DNA of 48,646 nucleotides from Octopus sinensis (lineage: Eukaryota), in contig NW_021835370.1 of NCBI RefSeq assembly GCF_006345805.1, forward strand, positions 1 to 48,646, given 5' to 3'. A program made the position numbers and the translations under genes. The notes beneath the pieces are model-generated. The model did not search any database. It was not told the origin of the DNA and worked only from the letters and a program-made list of their open reading frames with translations. The first letter of the stretch is position 1. Every line of letters begins with the position of its first letter. Shown here piece by piece: positions 26,687 to 38,376 of this stretch.

Positions 26687-27899
26687 GTACTTACATACAT
26701 ATTCGCATCGGGTTTTGTATGTCAGAGTATAAAATAAGAACGGGCTGAATATATCGACATTTCTCCCTCCCTGTAGACATATTAGCTAGTGTCTTTCTAC
26801 ATTGTTGTTAAGACTCAATTTGTATGTATTATGATTACATTTCTGCCTCTAACTCTATTATCAGATATTCGTGTGAAGTTTTCGTAATGTTTGTACCTGT
26901 TTATACTAGCATATGTTTACATACGGAATTAGTCATCTAGAGCAGTTAATATTCAGATAGATCTAAGTGTGCTTAGTTCTTATATGCATTTATGTCCTGT
27001 GATAATTGTTGCTTATAATCAGTCGTGGTCGTTACCATCTGCTTGTGAGATTCGGTACTTCTTGTTCAGGCATTTCATTTTTTTCCCCCCATAGTCGTAG
27101 CTAGTGTTAAATATTCTTAGCTATGAACACTTTTGTGTTGTATAATTTTAATGGGGGCCTCATTTTGTAACAGTTTTTTTTTTCTTTTTACAATAACCCT
27201 GTTAGCACCGTGTATATTTCGCGATGCAACCCGTCCTAACACACGTTTGAATTTTTCGATAGGTGTCTATTGTTTAAGTATTACATATTTTCTTAATACT
27301 CCTACGAATGCTGCACGTCCCGGTTCAAATATCAAATTTCTACCTCACCAAACAAATAAGAGCTTATCCATATATTCATTACCCTCGGGCTGAAAATACA
27401 AAATTTACCGCTTAACTTGACGAAATTAATCCCTTGATGTCACTGGTGCTCGTTTCAGCTGAGAGCACCAGAACAGCTTGAAATGAGATCGCTTTGTTCA
27501 AAGGCAGAGCGTGCTGCTGGGGCAGAAAATCGAAGGATTTTTCGTTGTCATTTTGTTCAGAATTCTTATTCGTTGTGGTTCCATAACTTTAGAATTTACA
27601 ACAAAAATCTTCAGCTTCAGCGCTGCTTAAAATCATAGATTTGTTTCAGTTTAATCCTATCTAGACCCAAATCTATTCTTGATTTATTGTCCTTTGAAAA
27701 GGCTTTTCACTCTCCTGAAAATGCTTTTCCCGTATTTCATTTCGTCAATCATAAACGAAAGGGAGTCAGGGGAAATATTTAATGAACACCCCTCATGTGT
27801 GTGTGTGTGTGTATGTGTGTGTGTGTGTGTGTGGTGTGTGTGTGTGTGTGTATTGAGGAAGTAGTAATTACTCACTACGTCATTAATAGTTAAGATAGT

Positions 27900-28828
27900 T
27901 TTTTTTTAATTTTGTAATGGAACCGCGTGTCTGATAAAACATGTAAGTGTTAAAACTTGTAGTTTTATTATCTTTTTAACAGTTTTAATTAGCATCAAAC
28001 ATAGAAATATTTTATAAATAATAATAGTTAAATACAAGTACTTTTATTAGTTGATATTTAATAAAATTTTATGTTTCTATTAGTTACTGGTAATTAAATA
28101 TTATAGCTTGTAGTGGTGATATATTAATGTATATGTACTGTTTTATTATTAACTTTTGAATGATGAAATAAGGTATTTCACTCATAATTATTATATTAAT
28201 AGTTAAATTAAATTCAATTGTGCTTGCTTTGTTTTGTTTTAGAGAGATTTATATAAAGCTTTAATTTTTTTAATTACAGTAGTAACTATGGAAGACTGAT
28301 GGGATTATGAACTTAAAGACTGGTCGCGATTTAGTACATAATTTAGTTATTGCAGGTTTAGTTTTAATACCGATACGATATACATTGGTTTATGTGTTTC
28401 TTTGTTGTAGTTTTATTAAAGCTACTGTTTAATCCTGTCTATAATTTGATTGATTCCATGAATGCGGTTATTAAGCTTTCACGTTAATATTATATTATGG
28501 AAGACGGTAGGGAATATAATGCTTGTATGACTTAATGGATTGGTTGCTGTTTAGTTACGTATTTAGGAGTTGGTTGTAATTTACTTATTGGATTTATTTG
28601 CCGATACGGTTGTACATAGGGTAAATGTGTTTGAAAGTTGTGGTTTCTTTGGTATGATTGTCCCCAAAGAACACTTATTTTAGTGCTGTTGACACCGCCC
28701 TATTGAATGGTGCTGCCCAGGTATCGAAACCATAATGATATATGTGGGGCAGCTGATGATGGAGGTATGTTGGATTGTTGGTATGGCTGTTTTTTGTATA
28801 TGTGAAATAGTATTATAATATATCCCTT

Positions 28829-28830
<2 letters not shown>
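27900..28830 (-). pseudogene. Decayed Penelope-like fragment (RT C-terminal region)
   Basis: Minus strand near 28600-28810: FHIYKK..(frameshift)..YLHH....FNRAV, resembling the FSIYRKPT..QYLHF.S.HP...FNRA thumb motif. The rest is AT-rich and uninterpretable. Confidence 0.4.
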
Positions 28831-28873
<43 letters not shown>

Positions 28874-28888
28874 GATGTAATTTACCAA

Positions 28889-28993
28889 GGAGGATATCAT
28901 CCTGATGAAGGGGACATTACATATATGGAATATTTGATTTTTAACCATGACCGGTAAAGTACCCCTGAAACGGCCATAGAGGGAAAATCCTCC
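28889..28993 (+). ncRNA. Type I hammerhead ribozyme motif (Penelope-associated type) with extended stem II
   Basis: ggaggat(28889-95)-atcatc-CTGATGA(28902-08)-aggggacattac...gtaaagtacccct-GAAA(28967-70)-cggcc-ATA-gagggaaa-atcctcc(28987-93). Outer stem I is a perfect 7 bp; stem II arms are complementary; the stem III/cleavage triplet carries an apparent G>A change. Confidence 0.7.
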
Positions 28994-29465
28994 AATTTTA
29001 GATCCTTTTTATCTATGTATTTTTGACCTTGACATTTAGTCATCACTTAGTTTGGAAGTGATGGCTCAATTATTTGTCACCCTCTCATTCGTTTTGCACC
29101 TCCTCTGTTTATCACGTATAACTCCTTCCATGTAATTTTATATTTATATGTTATTTTATATACATTTTTATGTATTTGTATATATCTTCTATATCTTTCT
29201 GTATGTTTGATTTTATATACTTTATACCTTTGTAGAATCTTTACACCTGTACATGCATGATCTATGCTGATCTGTTTAAATATATATGCTTCAACTGCTT
29301 TGGTCGAATGATTTCATTTATTCGTTCGGGAATGTGTATAACTGTCTAAACTTTGCGTTTTCAAATTACTCTACACAATACTTTTCGCACTGGTTCTCTA
29401 TGGGCACTCCGTAAACAGCCCATATATTTTAAAACATATTTAATATTATATAAATATATAGATAT

Positions 29466-29533
<68 letters not shown>

Positions 29534-29548
29534 TCTTGTAATTCAAAG

Positions 29549-29651
29549 AGAATAAAATTGATAGTGACTTTTCGGCCAGCTAACCCTTCACCGGGCTGTC
29601 CGATGTTGCTCTATCTGGCCGAAACTTCCAAGTCCCTATCAATATTATTCT
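29549..29651. repeat. Foldback inverted repeat (~30-36-bp arms, 35-nt spacer)
   Basis: agaataaaattgatagtgacttttcggccag versus ctggccgaaacttccaagtccctatcaatattattct. Confidence 0.85.
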
Positions 29652-29744
29652 TGTTAAAGAAGAACAAATATCTACTCTGCTAAAAGTATTGAGTCATTCA
29701 TCAGTTTAATGTAAAATTGTTTTTATAACATAAACAAGCATTAG

Positions 29745-30375
29745 TATATATAAGTAGCCACCAGCAGCTTCTACCACGGCCTTGAAACCGTGGTAGAAGC
29801 CTAACGCATGCGTTCCTCACTGCTGCCCTAGGAAGATCTTAGAACACCTCCTTGATCTCGGCCACTGCAGACAGAGCGTTTGTGTCATTTTCAACCGCAC
29901 CCACACACATAGACGTGGTATGACAATGAGGGAAATTAGAAGGCCAGAAATTCTCCGACAAACACTTCTGACCCTTTCTGGAGGTGTGGCAAAGAGCCGA
30001 ATCCTACTGCCACACATATGACCTTCTAGCAGCAAAAGTCCAGTCAGGGTTTAACCAGAATCTCCAGCACCTTCACATAGCCGTCTATGTTAAACCTGAA
30101 GTAGGGTAGCATGACGTCACCCTTACTGAAGACACAGCCTAAGACTCATAGTTTAAAGAAACTTGGTTTCCGTGATGTCTAAGTGATGTTTTACTGTCTT
30201 TACATTGTTGACAAAGCATTGAGTAGCAGTTAGGATGTAAGTATTTTGATACCCGGCGCGAATCACCGTAATTCAGATTACTCCTTCCCAATATTCAGAT
30301 GGCTTCCAGACCTCCATCTTAACAAACTTTTTCTCAAATACAACTTATAACTTTATGCTACCCAACGCTGTTGAT
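29745..30375 (-). pseudogene. maT / DD37D-like (Tc1-mariner) transposase relic, internally deleted
   Basis: N-terminus MEVWKPSEYW...VIRAG (from about 30328) joined to ETKF..VLGCVFSKGDVMLPYF.RFNIDGYVKVLEILVKP*..SYVWQ*DSALCHTSRKGQKCLSENF.WPSN..GAVENDTN..EIKEVF*DLPRAAVRNAC..AVVEAAGGY. Confidence 0.88.
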
Positions 30376-30628
30376 CATTCACGTATATATCAAGGTATTT
30401 CTGAAAGACAAAGGAAAGATAAAAATAAAATCCTCAAATTTAGCCCGAATATACCAGTATGCACCATTTATACCGCATATGTACGTATTTATTTATCAGA
30501 GATAAAGTTTGACGTTTGAACCCCCATAGCAAAATCTTCCAGCTACTATATATATATATATATATATATATACACGTATATATACATATATATTTATATT
30601 ATAAACATATATATATATGTATGTTATA

Positions 30629-30738
<110 letters not shown>

Positions 30739-31197
30739 GCCATTGAACTAGTCACAAATCCAGAAAACTGTCTCAGTATATTTCAAACACCAAAAAGAAA
30801 AAACCTCAAAATAGGCTTTATATATAGATATTTCATCAACAATTCCATGCTAAATGAATAAAGAGTGTTTGTGATATTAAAAGAAACAATAGATGAAGAA
30901 CTAGAAATAAAAATAGCATAGAATATCCTTTTGTTATCGTTGCCTTTGTTTTGCCATTTATGATGGTCAAAATTCTGTATGAACGACGACCGTCATATCA
31001 GCCGAAGACACCTTCTCAAAGCTGGAAATTTTCTTGTTGACCCATAACTGTTCATTTTGTTGCAAATTTAATCCTGGCTTATGTATTCAATTTTTTGTAT
31101 ATTTTTCTTTATTTTATACTATGAATTCTTTATATGTTTTGTTCAAATTATTAGTGCTTTTTCCTCTTTTTTTTCTTTCTCCTCTGCCTTTATCTCA

Positions 31198-31199
<2 letters not shown>

Positions 31200-31282
<83 letters not shown>
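31200..31282. repeat. (CT)n microsatellite
   Basis: Direct. Confidence 0.95.
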
Positions 31283-31287
<5 letters not shown>

Positions 31288-31499
31288 GTCGTTTTTCTTT
31301 CTACCTACAAAACTATGAAATATCCATATCTATTAACTACCTTTCTCGCCACGTTAACTTCTCTTTTTCTGTGCACACACACACACACACACACAGACAC
31401 ACACACACAGAGGGGGGCATATATAAATATATATACTGTTACATATATAAATACATATGTATATATGGGTGCGTGTGTGTGTTTATATATAATGTATAT

Positions 31500-31530
<31 letters not shown>

Positions 31531-31907
31531 AATATATGTACATACAATGTGAGTATGTATATATATATGCGCAAATGTGCACATATATATCTGTGTACGT
31601 ATGTATTTGTATATATGTATGGTTTTTTGCTTGGGCGTGCGTTCGTATGAAATATGTGGACTAAATGTGCTTGACAAGTTATGGGAGCATGTGTTTGAGT
31701 GTCATTGTATGTGTCCTTATCTTTACGTATATGTATCTAACTGTGTCTTTATCTATATTTTATGTATAAAAATTTGATCTACGCTTGGTTTCTATCGCAC
31801 ATATACGCACGCACATATGCACACACTCATTGGCACGCTCTTGTGGTGGGACTAATACGCGTAGCATATACGCTCACACGAGTGTGTATGTATATGTGTC
31901 TTTGTAT

Positions 31908-31954
<47 letters not shown>

Positions 31955-31996
31955 TATATACATACACAACATACACACATATAATGTATACATACA

Positions 31997-32065
<69 letters not shown>

Positions 32066-32608
32066 TATATACACGTTTTATTATGTATCTATGTTCATTT
32101 ATATATCTGTATTTTCGTCATTTAATGTTTGTATTATTTTTTCTTTCATTCAATGTTGCATACACACCCACACATATTCTTTTTCTCCTTTGATTCATTT
32201 CACCTAAACAGAAAAACTCGGTGTAAATTCGTTATGTTATTGCCTTTTACACGTCATTTATTATCAATTTTGTTTTACGACTTTGCCTCCTTTGTTACCA
32301 AAATTCCTTTCATCTTTGGGATAAACCATGGAAAAAGTTCACAGATATACTAGGAGCAACCCAAGCGCAGTTCACAGAATTGGTTGTATTTCACACTGGG
32401 TGATGCCCCCAAACATTTAACAACAAAAAAAAATTATTATAAGTTATAACTTGAATTATTATTTTTATTTTCTATTACATGGCTATCAAATTTGGAGTAA
32501 ATTTGTTACCTCCGATATACGTTACTGCATAAAAACTATTATGTGAATCTCATAAAGCATTGGCTCTCTTCTTTTTTTCCTTTTGTCATTCTTTTTCTTT
32601 TTTTTCAG

Positions 32609-32614
32609 AAGTTG
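32609..32614 (+). other. Candidate 6-nt microexon (AAGTTG)
   Basis: ~45-nt polypyrimidine tract ending ttttcag|, 6 nt, then a consensus |gtaagt donor. No host gene identified in the window. Confidence 0.3.
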
Positions 32615-32904
32615 GTAAGTTTGTATATATTTGTATACCATCGAAGAGATGTGATTGTTAACGTTTCAAGCAACGCTCGTCTTCGGAGAGAAAAATTTGC
32701 ATTGTTTCAGATATTGTATAATTTTACAAATATTAGCGTCAAGATCTCATTACAGCCATAAAATAACTCAACGTAATATGCTTTACAATATTGTCCTGGA
32801 GAGATTTTCACGCAGTGCTCAATGTTCAATGTCTTTTTCTATAATCTTACATAAAAGAAATGAGCCATTACTTTAGTCATGTATAATAATGATGTTGGTA
32901 TTGC

Positions 32905-33085
32905 TGTTTTTCTTTAGCCCTCGGTCCCCACTGATCAAGTAGATTTATGATCAAAGTTGTCCTCACCATCAGCATATTATCTTCTTATTTTTCTTGTTGT
33001 TTTGTGTTTTTTCTTCTGTTTAGCTTTATCAAATATCAATGTTCTTCTACAGTATCCTTCTTTATTTTAAGACGGCATTATTTCA
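32905..33085 (-). mobile_element. Family F repeat, degenerate
   Basis: ttagccctcggtcc...gatttatgatcaaag...gtatccttctttattttaagacgg. Confidence 0.4.
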
Positions 33086-33247
33086 ATTTGAAACTGTCAA
33101 AACTAACGCAGCCATGACTGTGTAGTTAAGATGTTTGTAAACAACCAAACGGTTTATATTTCAGTCCATCTGCGCAGTACTTTGGGTAGTTGTCTGCTAT
33201 TTATATCTGTGCTTTTTTGAATAACATTTTTTTGTGAAAACTTTATA

Positions 33248-33470
33248 GAGGGCGGGTTTAACAGATTCGACAGCACGCCGGGAAAAATGCGTAGCGGAAT
33301 TTCGCCCGTCCTTACGTTCAGAGTTCAAATTCCATTCCACCACGATCAACTTTATCTCTCATCCTTTTGAGGCCCATAAAATAAGTACCAGTAGCATACT
33401 GAGGTCAATCTAATCGACCTACCTCTATCCCGAAATTGCTGACCTTGTTATAGAATTTGAAATTATTATT
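33248..33470 (+). mobile_element. SINE family B, degenerate
   Basis: gcacgccgggaaaaatgcgtagcggaatttcgcc...gttcagagttcaaattcc...ataagtaccag...aatctaatcgac...attattatt tail. Confidence 0.78.
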
Positions 33471-33479
33471 TAGCAGAAA

Positions 33480-33732
33480 CAGTGGGGAAGCCCGTCGTAT
33501 ACATTAATGCATCTGTATGTGTGTTTCAGTGTGAATGCGTTTAGTTTGAGTGTGTATGTGTCGTTGTTCTTATCGCCTGATTATTGGCACTAGATTACTT
33601 TATTCCCTACAACCTAACAACACGCATAGAAGCGGACCAATTGAGTACCTTACTTAAAATATGTACTGAGAATTGTTTTAATAGACTAAACGCTTCAGGG
33701 CTTTGCAGCCCAATGACTAAAACAATAAAAGA
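33480..33732 (+). mobile_element. Old SINE family A, 3' half
   Basis: gaagcccgtcgtata, a TG tract, then a very diverged body ending aatgactaaaacaataaaagaa. Confidence 0.5.
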
Positions 33733-33754
33733 AGGCAAGAATTAACAAAAGAAG

Positions 33755-34260
33755 ACACATGCTATAAACATATCGCAGACAACTCTGAAGTCGAAAGTAG
33801 TTTTGTGGTCTGAAAACGCGAAGGAAGTGATCTTAATCGAACTTACAGTTTCCGTCGGAGGAGGAAGGCATTCACGCTTTTGCATGAAAGAGTGCCAAAT
33901 ATAAGAGCTTTCTGCAGGTTTGCAAGGAGAGAGAATCACCGTCACGTCTATTACCAGTTGAGGTTGACGTCTATTACCAGTCGATACGGAGGATATTTGC
34001 GGCCATTGGAATAAGAGGAAAAGCCTGAAGGATGGCGATTCGGAGGACGGGTGAGCCAGCAGAAAGAGCTTCGAGCTGGTTATGGAGCAAGAGAAACGAG
34101 TTAAGCAGGAAACTAGATGGAGATGATGAGCAGTGCTTTCACCACAACTACTGAACCGCTATTGAGAAGGTGTTACGCTTCAGGGTTGAAACACCTGATG
34201 ATCGGTAAGTACCGACTGATAACATCAAAATTCCTCCTGACCAAGGTTACATTCACCTCG
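33755..34260 (+). pseudogene. HERO/NeSL-like RLE non-LTR retrotransposon, endonuclease domain and 3' UTR
   Basis: ISQTTLKSKVVLWSENAKEVILIELTVS/EEGI..KSAKYKSFLQVCKER...LLPVEV...QSIRRIFAAIGIRGK..AIRRTGEPAERASSWLWSKR; matches the RPDIVLWS..IELTVPWEE..AKY..PVEVGCRG..AERAS.WLW pattern of HERO-type RLE domains. Confidence 0.85.
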
Positions 34261-34412
34261 TTGAATGGAAAAGACGCTACTTCTTTTAGATGTTATTTTA
34301 ATATAACATCTTCTATCAACAGATGTTTCCCCCATGCTTTTATGCATTTGCCATTCGCTATTTCAAAACGTTCCCTACCTGTTCTAAAAGTCCCTTTCAC
34401 AGGCTTTATGCG

Positions 34413-34444
<32 letters not shown>

Positions 34445-35004
34445 GCTGCTGTTGTTTTTACTTTTGTTGTTGTTATCGTTTGGCTTCTTGTTAACGCTAA
34501 CTGAACAGATATAATACCAATGGCGTTCTCACCATGACAACCCGGTAATTTTTCCGATACAGATTAGCAGTCAGAACAAGACTATATTCTCCCTGGTGTA
34601 AGGAATGAATAAGTGGCCATTATATGCATTCGTATATATAATGAGATTCTGGGTGTTACCAACTGAGTAAAACATACTTCCCTGAGAAGATCTGATAAGA
34701 TCGAAACATGTCAGTTACATTCAATATTTGATCCACTCCTTTAATGCATTTCGTGTATTTTCTCAAAATTATAATTGATATTATAATCTCCTTTGGGTTT
34801 AAAAGTTTAAACATCACTAGATTAAATTTTCGTTTCCCAGTTGCCTGAACCAAGTGCCATCTTGAGTTTAGGAACACTAAGTATTTTCCCAAGGCCCTCA
34901 GGGGTCTAGGTGCCCAATTCTAATCTATGAATGCTGTGATTTTGGTTTAACTAAATAAGTAGTCTAGGCAGCACCCAGAAGGATCACTACTTTGTCATGG
35001 TTTA

Positions 35005-35232
35005 GAGGATTGCGTGGTTCTATGACCCAGAGGTCAATGCTAGTGAGAGTTTAGGCTCTTGGTAGGATCGGGTCACCCATTCCAGACTGACCGAAGCGTT
35101 GAGTCCAGACAAAATGCGATCTACCTATCCTCGAGCCTAAAGAGGATTAGAAACTAACAACCTCAATCGGTGAACCGAGCTGTTACGGACAATACAAGCG
35201 GCCCCATGCTCCCTATGGAATAATGTGGACTA
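35005..35232 (+). mobile_element. Non-autonomous RTE-derived mini-element (5' UTR-like fused to 3' end)
   Basis: ctatgacccagaggtcaatgc...cttggtagg..gggtcacccattccagac..ccgaagcgttgagtccagacaaa..gcgatc...ctaacaacct resembles RTE 5' UTRs; ends gcggccccatgctccctatggaataatgtggac, like RTE 3' termini. Confidence 0.55.
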
Positions 35233-35249
35233 ACTATACGAGTGCATAT

Positions 35250-35305
35250 AATGGCCACTTATTCATGTGGTTGGGAAGCAAGCTTCTTACCATACAGCCA
35301 TTCCT
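35250..35305 (-). mobile_element. SINE family A head fragment
   Basis: catgtggttgggaagcaagcttcttaccatacagcca. Confidence 0.65.
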
Positions 35306-35962
35306 ATGTCTATTTCCTGTTTCTGTTTTATGTTATTTATTTATTATTTTTGTTCTTTGTTTCTCTCGGTGTATTTCTCATTTTATATCCATCTTAGTCT
35401 ATTTCTCTTTTCCTCTCTCTATTTTCTTTATCGCTCTATATTTCTCCCTCTCTCTCCTTCTTTTCTAATTCACACATACACAGAACTCAGTGAGACCGAC
35501 AGAGAGATAGAGAGAGAGAGGGAGAGGGAGAGAGAGAGAGAGAGAGACTGAGAAAAAGAGAGAAAAAGAGAGAGAGCGCTGGTATGAGTTAGAGATGGAT
35601 AATGAGAAAGTAAAATAGACCGAAAGACAGAAGGCAGAAAGACGGACAGAGGAAGATAAAGAGAGAAAAGAAAACCTTCCCTCAAGATGTCAGACTTGGA
35701 AATAAATGACATATACCATTACAGACGAGATTATTAGCGTCAAATTCTTTATTAACGGGGGTTAAGACACAGAAATGTAGATGATTGAATTAAAAACTAA
35801 CTCGACCTACATTTGTATACACCTTAATTCTTTGTTTCTTCTCTTCATCTTCCCCTTCTCCTCGCCCTCTTCCACATCGGCCATCTAACCTTTAAGTTGA
35901 CCTTAAGCTTTGTTTAATAAAAACCCATTATAAACACTCAATGTTCAGCTTTTATATTATTG

Positions 35963-36580
<618 letters not shown>

Positions 36581-36807
36581 TATGAGCACTGTTAGTTTTT
36601 TTGTTATTATATTTATTGATTTTGGTATTTTGTGTTTATTTTATTTTTTCCCTTCTAATTACTCTTTTATTTTTTTATTTACTTATTTTATTTTTACTTA
36701 CGTTCATAGTTTGGTGAGAACTGAAGCCAAATTTTTACGCTTATATTTACTTATTATTATTGTTATTATTATAATTATTGCTGCTGTTGTTGTTGACGTT
36801 GTTCATG

Positions 36808-36935
36808 TTTAATTCAAATACCGTCAAGGTCTTATTTGTTTCTTTCTCTCGGGGTCGATGAAATGAAGTACCAATCAAGTACTGAAGCGAATATAAACGA
36901 CTAACCCCTTCGACCTCGTATCAAAAACTTGAAAC
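36808..36935 (+). mobile_element. SINE family B, 3' fragment
   Basis: ctcggggtcgatgaaatgaagtaccaatcaagtactg...acgactaacccc...ttgaaacaattat. Confidence 0.6.
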
Positions 36936-36963
36936 AATTATGTTTGTTCAATTTGTTTATTGC

Positions 36964-37026
<63 letters not shown>

Positions 37027-37058
37027 CATTATTATTATCATTATTATTATTATTATTA

Positions 37059-37113
<55 letters not shown>

Positions 37114-37122
37114 CATAATTAA

Positions 37123-37327
37123 GGCGGTGAGCTGGCAGAATCGTTGGGACGTCGGGCGAAATGCTTAGCTGTATTTCGTCCGTCGCTACGTTCTGAGTTC
37201 AAATTCCGCCGAGGTTCACTTTGCTTTCTTCCTTTCGAAATCGAACAATTAAGTACCAGTGAAACACCGGGGTCGATGAATTCATTCCTGCCCCACAATT
37301 GCTGCCCTTGTGGCAAAGTTTGAAACC
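37123..37327 (+). mobile_element. SINE family B variant with (ATT)n tail, copy 1
   Basis: Appears identical to 37623-37827. Confidence 0.92.
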
Positions 37328-37340
37328 ATTATTATTATTA

Positions 37341-37380
<40 letters not shown>

Positions 37381-37483
37381 GAGTGAGAGAGCAGTTCATG
37401 CCATCAAAGTGACACTGGGGTAAAATATACGAAGCCCAATATACCCATCATGACTACCCGTCTGATAAAGGTACACCAGGCAC
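37381..37483 (-). mobile_element. Element X, truncated (103 bp, retains the presumed 3' end)
   Basis: gagtgagagagcag...gtacaccaggcac embedded in (ATT)n. Confidence 0.85.
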
Positions 37484-37503
37484 TATTATTATTATTATTA
37501 TTA

Positions 37504-37613
<110 letters not shown>

Positions 37614-37622
37614 CATAATTAA

Positions 37623-37826
37623 GGCGGTGAGCTGGCAGAATCGTTGGGACGTCGGGCGAAATGCTTAGCTGTATTTCGTCCGTCGCTACGTTCTGAGTTC
37701 AAATTCCGCCGAGGTTCACTTTGCTTTCTTCCTTTCGAAATCGAACAATTAAGTACCAGTGAAACACCGGGGTCGATGAATTCATTCCTGCCCCACAATT
37801 GCTGCCCTTGTGGCAAAGTTTGAAAC

Positions 37827-37827
<1 letters not shown>
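37623..37827 (+). mobile_element. SINE family B variant, copy 2 (tandem duplicate)
   Basis: 500-bp offset from copy 1. Confidence 0.92.
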
Positions 37828-37872
<45 letters not shown>

Positions 37873-37975
37873 GAGTGAGAGAGCAGTTCATGCCATCAAA
37901 GTGACACTGGGGTAAAATATACGAAGCCCAATATACCCATCATGACTACCCGTCTGATAAAGGTACACCAGGCAC
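37873..37975 (-). mobile_element. Element X, truncated
   Basis: Appears identical to 37381-37483. Confidence 0.85.
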
Positions 37976-38028
<53 letters not shown>

Positions 38029-38040
38029 TATATTATTATT

Positions 38041-38285
38041 TTATGTTTGACGTTTGCTTTACATTTGTACAAATTGACTCCAAGTCTCACCCAGATACCT
38101 CAAGAGACAACAAGTTAGAAGTTCATGTTGGTGTTGTGCCTAGGGTGCCATATATTTGGTTCTGTACATAGTGTTCTTCTAGAGAATGTTTAAGAAACCA
38201 TAAGAAAATTATGTTTGTTTTAAAATTTCAGATTACATACACAGTATTTTGAGTAGGATATGGGCAGTTCCCATGAGCACTATCT
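38041..38285 (-). mobile_element. R4/Dong-like 3' end (ORF terminus, 3' UTR, TAA tail), copy 1
   Basis: Minus strand reads IVLMGTAHILLKILCM*, cf. GTARILRRVL at about 16735, then ~190 nt of UTR and (TAA)n. Confidence 0.75.
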
Positions 38286-38318
38286 ATTATTATTATTATT
38301 ATTATTGTTATTATATTA

Positions 38319-38374
<56 letters not shown>

Positions 38375-38376
38375 GT

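Noticed and set aside
27349-27389. Minus-strand 41-nt exon-like segment (PEGNEYMDKLLFV)
   Set aside because: Short, frame-shifting and without partner exons; surrounding sequence may be a very old LINE remnant.
30299-30394. Plus-strand 96-nt exon-like segment (GFQTSILTNFFSNTTYNFMLPNAVDHSRIYQ)
   Set aside because: It is antisense to the start and leader of the maT transposase relic (MEVWKPSEYW on the minus strand).
34165-34230. GAAAC and CTGATGA/CTGATAA words in the HERO-like 3' UTR suggesting a hammerhead
   Set aside because: Order and pairing do not fit type I, II or III topology; stem I partners do not pair.
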